A stretch of DNA of 39,159 nucleotides from an uncultured Halobacteria archaeon (lineage in GTDB: Archaea > Halobacteriota > Syntropharchaeia > Alkanophagales > Methanospirareceae), in contig CAZFWT010000004.1 in NCBI GenBank assembly GCA_964522635.1, positions 11,657-50,815 of the forward strand, in the 5' to 3' direction. Positions 8,809 through 16,177 of the stretch are shown here, piece by piece. Numbering within the stretch: the first letter of the stretch is position 1; each line of letters starts with the position of its first letter. A program made the translations under genes and the position numbers. Under the pieces are notes generated by a model. It searched no databases. It saw only the letters and a program-made list of their open reading frames with translations, and had not been told where the DNA came from.

Positions 8809-9114
8809 ATGGAAGAAAAGAAATATGCACTGCCGATCCCACGCGGGATCACTACGGGCATTATATTCGAGGCCGCCGAGCGATTCGGGCTGGAGGTCGA
8901 TCAGGAGAAGCCGCCGGAGGATGCTTTTGATATCCGAACCGATCTGCCGATCAAGGATTACGTGCCCCGGATCCTCATATGGGGAGATTCGCCCGATACC
9001 GTGATCGCGGCACAGGAATATATCCTCAAGCGGCATGAGGAATGGATCGCGAACCTGGAAGATTGGCGCAAGATGCGTCGTGAGCGCTTCTTGAAGAAGG
9101 TGAAGAAATACTGA
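8809..9114 (+). CDS. Hypothetical protein (101 aa)
   Basis: Clean ORF 21 nt after the previous gene on the same strand. I recognise no family. Confidence 0.5.
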   Translation: MEEKKYALPIPRGITTGIIFEAAERFGLEVDQEKPPEDAFDIRTDLPIKDYVPRILIWGDSPDTVIAAQEYILKRHEEWIANLEDWRKMRRERFLKKVKKY

Positions 9115-9153
9115 ATCGATCGCTTCGCTTCGCTTCGCTGTACCTTCAGTCAG

Positions 9154-10068
9154 TCAGTCCTTCACTGCGGCCATATAGAGCCACTGGTCAAAGTAGCCGT
9201 TGCTTGTTTCGTTCTCCTTGATCGTGGCATTGAAGGATTGGTGCAAGAGCTCTTTCAGGAGCTCCGCCTCCTCTTTGCTCGAGACCGTAAAGAGGACCAG
9301 TCCTTTGCTCTTCAGGACTTTTGGCACTTCTCTGAGGACGCGTTCCCACATAAAGTTATCGAACGGATTAAGCTTACCGACCATAAACCCGAAGACCACC
9401 TCGAACTCCCGTCCGAAGAATGAGGAGAGTTGCGAGCAGTCGAGGACGATGCTCCTCTTCGGGTCCAGCACGCCCTCTTCCAAGCCCTTGCAGATCTCGC
9501 ATTTCTCGATATCGAGGGTAAGTGGCGATAGCCCCAATTCATGAAGCGCCATGGTGGCACCACCGTCGCCACAGCCGATCTCGAGACTCCTGGTATGCTC
9601 TGGCGCATCGATGCCCATCGCCTCAAAGAACGCGGTAAGTACCGCTTTCAGGGACTCCACGCGATCACGCGGATAGAAGCTCGGGGCCTTCACCTCGCAC
9701 TCGCAAAAATACCGGTTCACCAGGCCGAGCGAGTAATATTCGATCACGCCTTCATGAAAGGCCGCACGATCGACCACCGCTTCGCGTTCCTCCGCGCCCT
9801 GTGTGCCTTCCGCCAGTGACTCAAACTCAGTCCTCAGTCTCGGGTCAGCGATTACGTCGGTGAAGATCATCCAGAACCCCAGCTCTCGGTCACGGAGTGC
9901 GAGACCGATGAGCGCACCATCAGTATCACGAATACGTATGGAGGATTCAAGGTCTGTATGCTCGATCTTGCCCAGATAGTCACGAGTCCGATCGAGCCAC
10001 TTTTGAGCCGCATAGCTCTCTTCCACCAGGACAAACGAGTCAATCCCCACAAGCTCATTGAGCTCCAT
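9154..10068 (-). CDS. Two-domain class I SAM-dependent methyltransferase (unknown N-terminal domain)
   Basis: Start taken at MELNELVGIDSF... (10068), 5 nt after the stop of the upstream gene; the track ORF extends to 10170. The C-terminal half has motif I RSLEIGCGDGGATMAL and ...VLKSKGLVLFTV.... Confidence 0.7.
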   Translation of the reverse strand: MELNELVGIDSFVLVEESYAAQKWLDRTRDYLGKIEHTDLESSIRIRDTDGALIGLALRDRELGFWMIFTDVIADPRLRTEFESLAEGTQGAEEREAVVDRAAFHEGVIEYYSLGLVNRYFCECEVKAPSFYPRDRVESLKAVLTAFFEAMGIDAPEHTRSLEIGCGDGGATMALHELGLSPLTLDIEKCEICKGLEEGVLDPKRSIVLDCSQLSSFFGREFEVVFGFMVGKLNPFDNFMWERVLREVPKVLKSKGLVLFTVSSKEEAELLKELLHQSFNATIKENETSNGYFDQWLYMAAVKD

Positions 10069-10073
10069 GTTCG

Positions 10074-10655
10074 TTAGCCCTTGCCCTCTCCTGAGCTTAA
10101 GCATGCCCGGAGAAACCGCTCGGACGGATATTCGTGTATAGAGGAGACAATGATCATTCCCGCGCCACACCGGGCAACAACCAGCACCGGGCGAGCACTC
10201 GAATCGGCCTTCACCGTTAAGACCACGTCCCAGTCATCATCCAGCGTCCCCAGATAGCCATCACAGAAACAGACCTCTTGCTCGACGATCCGTGCCGCCT
10301 TATCATCCTTCTTCCGCTCGAGCGGGGCCTGGATATCCTTGCGCACGTACTCAAGCTGCAGTGGCAGCCAATCATAGGCGGTGCTGTGTGCGAGCGCGCC
10401 GGAGACCAGCAGCGTGCCACCGGCCTTGACAAATGAGGTGAGTGCCTCACGGTTGGCTCTGAGCGCCGCGAGCATCCCTGAGAAATACGTGTTCCCAAAG
10501 CCCGCTGGTATAATCACCAATCGAAACGCTCGCCACGAGAAGAACGGTGCGGCGATGAGCTGCGGCTGCACCAGTTTGTACCTGAACCCGTGCTCTTGAA
10601 GATACTGCTCATACGGCGTGTCCCGGTCCCATAGCACTGCAATTTCTGCTTCCAT
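10074..10655 (-). CDS. Hypothetical protein, possibly GATase1-like fold (193 aa)
   Basis: ...FRLVIIPAGFGNTYFSGMLAALRANREALTSFVKAGGTLLVSGA... resembles class I glutamine-amidotransferase-like/ThuA-like folds. The assignment is weak. Confidence 0.5.
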   Translation of the reverse strand: MEAEIAVLWDRDTPYEQYLQEHGFRYKLVQPQLIAAPFFSWRAFRLVIIPAGFGNTYFSGMLAALRANREALTSFVKAGGTLLVSGALAHSTAYDWLPLQLEYVRKDIQAPLERKKDDKAARIVEQEVCFCDGYLGTLDDDWDVVLTVKADSSARPVLVVARCGAGMIIVSSIHEYPSERFLRACLSSGEGKG

Positions 10656-10671
10656 CGCTCTGCCTCGCCTC

Positions 10672-10699
10672 GCCGCGAGCCGCGAGCCGCGAGCCGCGA
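10672..10699. repeat. Perfect tandem heptamer (GCCGCGA)x4
   Basis: Read directly: gccgcga gccgcga gccgcga gccgcga. It lies in the 72-nt spacer between mcrC and the 193-aa gene. Confidence 0.9.
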
Positions 10700-10727
10700 G
10701 CGGTTTTATAGAAAGCTACTTACTACT

Positions 10728-11342
10728 TTATTCGTGCGCTTCTGCTGCAAGCTCGCGAAGCGCCGTTTTTACCTTGCTCACAATCTCGTTCAGCTTCGCC
10801 TGGGGCACGCTCTCATGCCGAACAATGCCATCCACGATGTCCATGACCTTACCCGCGGTCTCGCCCTTTTTATACTTCGTGCTTACCCCGATCTCTTCGA
10901 AATCCTCGAAGGATACGGGCGATTGGCAGAGCACAATGGCCGGCGCCTTCACCTTCCGCAAGACGAACCGGACCTTGTAGATGAAATGCACCTTCACGTT
11001 CCCGTGATGCAAGATGAGGAGCTTGTGCTGATTGATGATTTCCACTTCTCGCGGCTCGAGGCCGAAGGCAACTCCGTGGCCGCCACTCCGCGGCGCGTCT
11101 GCCGGGGTGCCGTCACCCGCGTTCAAGATCAGCTCACCCACATCGATCCCATGGCCCCGCAATTCGGTAGTAATCTCGCAGACCGGCTTGGGCACGTGTC
11201 GATATCCGGGCGACATCGCCACCGCGATCACGTCGTTCTTCCAGGCCCTGGCGAAGGTCCCGCGTTGCGCAATACCGCCACCTAATCCGAGCCCCTGCCC
11301 TTTTCTACACGCTACCAGCTGCGTCTCTCTTCCCACCGCCAT
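10728..11342 (-). CDS. mcrC: Methyl-coenzyme M reductase operon protein C (McrC), stand-alone copy
   Basis: 204 aa. MAVGRETQLVACRKGQGLGLGGGIAQRGTFA...VIAVAMSPGYRHVPKPVCEIT...HHGNVKVHFIYK...VLCQSPVSFEDF... matches my recollection of McrC almost motif for motif. Confidence 0.85.
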   Translation of the reverse strand: MAVGRETQLVACRKGQGLGLGGGIAQRGTFARAWKNDVIAVAMSPGYRHVPKPVCEITTELRGHGIDVGELILNAGDGTPADAPRSGGHGVAFGLEPREVEIINQHKLLILHHGNVKVHFIYKVRFVLRKVKAPAIVLCQSPVSFEDFEEIGVSTKYKKGETAGKVMDIVDGIVRHESVPQAKLNEIVSKVKTALRELAAEAHE

Positions 11343-11344
11343 TG

Positions 11345-12967
11345 CTAAGCTGCTACCTCGCTCTCCCCAGTGGTTGTCCTCAAATCCTCCAGCTTCTTGA
11401 CCTTACCTGCCTCCATGTGCGCGATTCGGTCACAGACGTCAGAGGCAAAGTCTATATCGTGGGTAACAATAATAAAGGTCATACCGAGGTTCTCACGGGC
11501 TGCACGTATGGAATCGGCGACGTATTTCTTTGTTATTGGATCCATTGTACCCGTCGGCTCATCGAGCACCGCGATCGCCGGCTCCTTCATCAGGACCTGC
11601 GCGAGCGCGATCCGCTGCCGCTCACCCACGCTCAGTTCGAGGTGCGTCTTGAGCAGTATCTCCTCCGCCTTATCTTCACTGAAGCCGACACTCTGGAGCA
11701 TGAATTTCGCCTTCATTCGCGCAAGCTCAGCCGGAATCCGCATGCCTATACAGGTCGTGAGATTCTCTAACACCGTCCGTTCGGGGTATAAGGAGTATTC
11801 CTGATGTAACATAGCGACCCGCGCGGCCGCCTGCTCGCCCACGCCCGGGGTCGTTGCGCCCCATGCGATCCACACACCGGTCTCCGCAACCCTGCTCACA
11901 TCGATCCACCGTTCCCCGACACGTATTTTAACAGTCCCGCCGGTGACCGGATCGATCTGACAGATAATGCGGGATAAGCTCGTCTTACCCGCGCCGCTCT
12001 TACCCAGCAGCCCGAAGATCTCGTTCTCATAGATGGTGAGCGTAACGTCATCCACCGCCTTGACCATGCCGCGCCAGATGGAGTAGTAGTACTTCTTGCA
12101 GTGCTCGATCTGTATCTTCGGCTCCCCGATCTTCTGGTACTCCTCGCGCTCGATCTCACTCACTTGCTTCTTGAATTCGGCCACGACTTCCTTCGCGTCG
12201 CCATACTGCACCACTTTGCCGTTATCGAGCCATAAGACCTTCTCACTCAGTTCCTCAACGACGTACGGCCAGTGCGAGGTTACGATCATGGTCATACCTT
12301 CTGCGGTGCTCTCTTTCAGTGCCCGGTGCACGAGCTTTGCGGTCTCAACGTCCAGAGTTCCGGTGGGCTCGTCGGCCAGGAGCAACATCGGATCGAGCGC
12401 CAGTTGCCGCGCGAGCACGACACGCTGCTTCTCGCCACCACTGAGGTTGATTGCGGGGAATGAGATTCGATGGATCATTCGTACCGCTTTGAGCAGCTCA
12501 TAAGCACGCCGGAACCGCTTATCGGCCGGGTATTGCCTGCTCTCCAGCGCCTGCAAGACGTTATACATAACGGTGTCGTCGCCGTAGAGCCCGAACGTGC
12601 GCTGGAGCATGATGGCCACCGATCGCTTCACCTTCTTCCGCGCTTCCGCGTCCTTCCAGTAATTCACTTCCTGTAACTCCAGAGCCCCCCCGCACTTTAT
12701 GCAGATCTGCCCAGCCTGGCTCGGTGCCGTTACCCACTCGCAGGAGGGGCACATCGCGACCCGGAAGATGACCTCGCCAGACGTAGGTGCGTATTCCTCA
12801 CTCCCGCGCAGCATATGGAGCAGCGTCGATTTCCCCGCGCCGCTCCTGCCCAGCAGGCCCATGGACACGCCCTCGTAAATATCAAAACTCACGTCCTCCA
12901 GGGCTTTCAAGCCCTCGAACTCCTTGCTTATTCCCCGGACCCTGACAAACGGTTCCTCTTTACCCAT
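11345..12967 (-). CDS. atwA: MCR activation component A2 (double-NBD ABC ATPase), copy 2
   Basis: 540 aa. It has two Walker A motifs (GLLGRSGAGKST, GLLGKSGAGKTS) and two Walker B motifs ([24 protein letters not shown]). It has the A2-typical Cys insertion CPSCEWV...CIKCGG. The stop lies 2 nt before the mcrC start. Confidence 0.85.
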   Translation of the reverse strand: MGKEEPFVRVRGISKEFEGLKALEDVSFDIYEGVSMGLLGRSGAGKSTLLHMLRGSEEYAPTSGEVIFRVAMCPSCEWVTAPSQAGQICIKCGGALELQEVNYWKDAEARKKVKRSVAIMLQRTFGLYGDDTVMYNVLQALESRQYPADKRFRRAYELLKAVRMIHRISFPAINLSGGEKQRVVLARQLALDPMLLLADEPTGTLDVETAKLVHRALKESTAEGMTMIVTSHWPYVVEELSEKVLWLDNGKVVQYGDAKEVVAEFKKQVSEIEREEYQKIGEPKIQIEHCKKYYYSIWRGMVKAVDDVTLTIYENEIFGLLGKSGAGKTSLSRIICQIDPVTGGTVKIRVGERWIDVSRVAETGVWIAWGATTPGVGEQAAARVAMLHQEYSLYPERTVLENLTTCIGMRIPAELARMKAKFMLQSVGFSEDKAEEILLKTHLELSVGERQRIALAQVLMKEPAIAVLDEPTGTMDPITKKYVADSIRAARENLGMTFIIVTHDIDFASDVCDRIAHMEAGKVKKLEDLRTTTGESEVAA

Positions 12968-13000
12968 TTTTCCTCGCCCTTTCTTTTTTCGTTTCGATTT

Positions 13001-13014
13001 GAGTTAAATATAGC
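13001..13014 (-). promoter_or_regulatory. TATA-like box (gctatatttaactc on the minus strand) upstream of atwA copy 2
   Basis: Located in the 72-nt spacer between the two atwA genes, about 40 nt upstream of the ATG at 12967. Confidence 0.3.
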
Positions 13015-13039
13015 GACAGTAACGTGACAAAAGGTGCTG

Positions 13040-14647
13040 CTATTCCTCTGCCCCCCTCAAATCTTCTATCTTCTCCAGTTTACCCTGGTTCATATATGCC
13101 ACTCGATCACACACGGCCTCGGCAAAATGGAGATCGTGCGTAACGATCACGAAGGTGATCCCCAAATTCTCGCGCGCCTTCTGGATGGTCTCGCCGACGT
13201 ACTTCTTCGTATGCGGATCCATCGTCCCGGTGGGCTCGTCGAGGACCGCGATCTCCGGCTCCTTCATCAACAATTGCGCGATGAGAACCCGCTGCCGCTC
13301 ACCCACGCTCAGTTCGAGGTGCGTCTTGGGCAGTATCTCCTCGATCTCGTCATCTGAGAAGCCCACACCCTGGAGCATGTAATGTACCTTCATCTTCGCA
13401 AGATCATCAGGCATATCCAACCCTATGCCGTGCGTGAGATTCGCCCAGACGGTCAATTTGGGGAATAAGGTATATTCTTGATGCAAGACCCCGACGAAAT
13501 AGTGCTTCCAATCGGTCGTGCCGCCGGTGATCACGCCGTCCTTGACGAAGGTCCCGAGATCGGCTTTTGAGGCTTCATACCACTGCTCACCGATGCGAAT
13601 CCAGGCGTAGCCCGCGGTGCTCGGCTCCAAATGACTGACGATCCGCATCAAGCTCGTCTTGCCCGCACCACTATGCCCGACCACACCGAAGATCTCATTC
13701 TCGTGGATGGTGAACGAGACGTCGTCCACGCCCTTAACAACACCACGGGACGCGGAGAGGTAATACTTCTTCACATGCTCGATGCGGATCTTCGGCTCGC
13801 CGAACTTCTTGTACTCGTCGCGCTCGATCGCACCCACTTCCCGCACGAAGTCGTCGATTACCGTCTTGGTATCGCCGTACTCGACTATTTCACCTTTATC
13901 GAGCCAGAGCGTCTTCTTCGCCAGTTCCTGGATCACGTACGGCCAGTGCGAGGTGACCACAAAGGTGGTGCCGCCCTTCGTGCTCTCGATCAGGGCTTTG
14001 TGCACGACCCGTGCCGTCTCATGATCGAGTGTCCCGGTGGGCTCGTCGGCCAGGAGGAGAATGGGCTGCAGCGCCATCTGCCTCGCAAGCACCATGCGCT
14101 GCTTCTCACCACCGCTGAGATCCCGTGTCGCGGGCATATTAGCACGGTGCAGCATCTTTACGGACTCCAGGATCTCATAGGCCCGTTTCATCTGTTTGCT
14201 CTTCGGGTAGCCCGCGCGCTCCAGGGCCTCGAGAACGTTCCAGACGACGCCCTCGTCACTGTAGAGTGCGAAGCTGCGCTGGAGCATGATCGCAATCGCG
14301 GACTTCAGCAGGCGCTGCATCTGATGATCTTGCCAGAAATTCACTTCCTGGAACTCAAAGACACCGCCGCACCGGCTGCAGGTCTTGCCGACGAAGCTCG
14401 GTCCTTCGACCCAGGAACAGGAGGGGCAGATAGCAATCCTGAAGATAATCTCACCGGTATCAGGTGCGTATTCCTTGCTGCCCCGCAACATACGTAGCAA
14501 CACCGATTTGCCCGAACCACTCTTCCCGAGCAGCCCCAGCGGCTCTCTCTCCAGTATATCGACATTGACATTATTCAGCGCAATTTTATCCTCAAAAGAC
14601 TTGCTCACACCGCGTATTTTAATAAAAACCTCACTCTCTTCGCCCAT
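13040..14647 (-). CDS. atwA: MCR activation component A2 (double-NBD ABC ATPase), copy 1
   Basis: Start set at [18 protein letters not shown] (14647), which aligns with the copy 2 N-terminus MGKEEPFVRVRGISKEF and follows a ggggcggagaa SD-like element. The track ORF extends to 14698. Same architecture as copy 2: CPSCSWV...CSRCGG, both Walker A and both Walker B motifs. Confidence 0.85.
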   Translation of the reverse strand: MGEESEVFIKIRGVSKSFEDKIALNNVNVDILEREPLGLLGKSGSGKSVLLRMLRGSKEYAPDTGEIIFRIAICPSCSWVEGPSFVGKTCSRCGGVFEFQEVNFWQDHQMQRLLKSAIAIMLQRSFALYSDEGVVWNVLEALERAGYPKSKQMKRAYEILESVKMLHRANMPATRDLSGGEKQRMVLARQMALQPILLLADEPTGTLDHETARVVHKALIESTKGGTTFVVTSHWPYVIQELAKKTLWLDKGEIVEYGDTKTVIDDFVREVGAIERDEYKKFGEPKIRIEHVKKYYLSASRGVVKGVDDVSFTIHENEIFGVVGHSGAGKTSLMRIVSHLEPSTAGYAWIRIGEQWYEASKADLGTFVKDGVITGGTTDWKHYFVGVLHQEYTLFPKLTVWANLTHGIGLDMPDDLAKMKVHYMLQGVGFSDDEIEEILPKTHLELSVGERQRVLIAQLLMKEPEIAVLDEPTGTMDPHTKKYVGETIQKARENLGITFVIVTHDLHFAEAVCDRVAYMNQGKLEKIEDLRGAEE

Positions 14648-14795
14648 TTCTTCTCCGCCCCCTACCATCGCAGTTGCTATGCCTTTCACTCCCTGCACAG
14701 AGCATCACATACCTTTTGCCGCTCTTAGCATATTAAATTGGACTATTTTAGTTATAGCTACCTGTATTTTAGTACTGCTCAGCAGCCTTAAAGTT

Positions 14796-15164
14796 TTACC
14801 GCTTTTTCTTCAACACGATGATATCAGGTCGTGGGGGCGCTTTCGAGCCCGCAAATTCGCGCTTGCAGCGCTCACACAATTGCCGTGCGGTCAAGATCAC
14901 GACCTCCTCGCTCCCCGGTAACTTCCGCGCATAGATGAACTCCGGCTTCACATCCACCGACGCGCTGATCTCCTCGAGCAGTGCAGTGATCTTCTCCCTG
15001 AAGACCTCGACCGCATCGACCTGGAGACCCCGGAGATCAGCGGCAAACCCGGTGCACCCGCAGGCCATGCCGAAGACCTTCGCCTCTGGCACAAACACGT
15101 TCCCGACCAGTTTCCGCAGCTCAGACTCGAGCTTCGTCCTTCCTTCTGTTATCGTCTCCGTCAC
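14796..15164 (-). CDS. Small Cys-containing protein of unknown function (122 aa), coupled to the U32 pair
   Basis: Its start overlaps the upstream U32 gene stop by 4 nt (15161-15164). Contains MACGCTGF and CERC motifs. I recognise no family. Confidence 0.6.
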   Translation of the reverse strand: MTETITEGRTKLESELRKLVGNVFVPEAKVFGMACGCTGFAADLRGLQVDAVEVFREKITALLEEISASVDVKPEFIYARKLPGSEEVVILTARQLCERCKREFAGSKAPPRPDIIVLKKKR

Positions 15165-16177
15165 TTTTTCTGCACCTTCACCACGTTCGTAGTCAGGTCA
15201 TCACAATAATGGCAGGACTCACAGATCTTCTTGCACTTCTGCCACTGCTGGATGCACCCTTCCAAACGCTCGTTATCGATATAAAATGTATAGCTCAACT
15301 CTGCGGGGCAGTCAATGAGCTCGAGGATATTGCCCTGATACGACCGGTGGGCATAGGCGCGCATGCAGTTGACGATCCAGTTCACTGCGTTTGCCCTGCC
15401 CGTGATCTTGAAGTTATCGATCCCCAGCGTCTCGTACTCCTTCAGATCCTCAGGACGTATCCACGGCGACCGGATGAGTTGTGAGGGGTCGCGCACCCGA
15501 ATTGAGATGCACTTATCGAAGTAGTAGTCGCTGAAGATGTTGGCTGATTGCGCGCTCATGAGCGGTGAGCGCGAGGAGGTGATATGGGAGAAGAGGTTGA
15601 AGTGCGCGTGCCGGAAGGGGCATTTGTAGAGGCAACCCTCGTTCACGAGCACCTTGATCTTGCACCGAACCGCCTTCAGGATCGCCTCGAGCATCGCGAA
15701 GTTACGGTTGATGTTCGTATCCACCGCGATGGTGTCGGCACCGAGCTCCTCGAAGAACTCCGCACGCTGCGGTGAATCCACGTGCGCAATGCAGGATACT
15801 ACCGTCTCCATCGGATATTCGCGTAGCAGTTCAATGAAATATGGCTCTGCGACCGTCACGCCGTCGACCTCAGCCTTATTCAGCTCCTCGAAGTACCAGG
15901 TGAAGAGCTTGTAGCCCTCATGTGTCAGGTGATAGCCGCCCAGGCATGAGGGATTGATCACGATATTCAGCTTGATGTCGTGCTGGTGCGCGTACTCGGT
16001 CTGGGCTTTGATATCACTGATACGTGCGGAATGGAGCGTCGCCCGCCCGCTGCCGATCACTTCCGGCGCACCGGCCATATAGACCTCGCTGACCTCGTCG
16101 AGGCCTTCTGCCTCCTTCACCTCGATGATCTCCTGCAGCGCTTCGATATGCCCGGGGTGGGGCACATGGAATTTCAT
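15161..16177 (-). CDS. Peptidase U32-family protein (UbiU/UbiV/RlhA-like putative Fe-S hydroxylase), paralog 2
   Basis: Start taken at MKFHVPHPGH (16177), which gives an ATGA overlap with the paralog 1 stop. U32-like blocks: IKLNIVINPSC, VDGVTVAEPYFIELL, LGADTIAVDTNINRN, KVLVNEGCLYKCPFRH, FKITGRA. C-terminal motif CKKICESCHYC. Confidence 0.75.
   Translation of the reverse strand: MKFHVPHPGHIEALQEIIEVKEAEGLDEVSEVYMAGAPEVIGSGRATLHSARISDIKAQTEYAHQHDIKLNIVINPSCLGGYHLTHEGYKLFTWYFEELNKAEVDGVTVAEPYFIELLREYPMETVVSCIAHVDSPQRAEFFEELGADTIAVDTNINRNFAMLEAILKAVRCKIKVLVNEGCLYKCPFRHAHFNLFSHITSSRSPLMSAQSANIFSDYYFDKCISIRVRDPSQLIRSPWIRPEDLKEYETLGIDNFKITGRANAVNWIVNCMRAYAHRSYQGNILELIDCPAELSYTFYIDNERLEGCIQQWQKCKKICESCHYCDDLTTNVVKVQKK

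Noticed and set aside
10672-10699. Heptamer array considered as a CRISPR-like or other spaced repeat.
   Set aside because: The units are contiguous 7-mers with no spacers, and the array is only 28 nt long. It is not a CRISPR array.
13631-14497. 288-aa + strand ORF, with similar ORFs at 12096-12503, 11342-11804, 10734-11285, 16564-17169 and 15209-16219.
   Set aside because: All are antisense to the atwA, mcrC or U32 genes, which have clear family motifs. They have no recognisable motifs and are treated as shadow ORFs.
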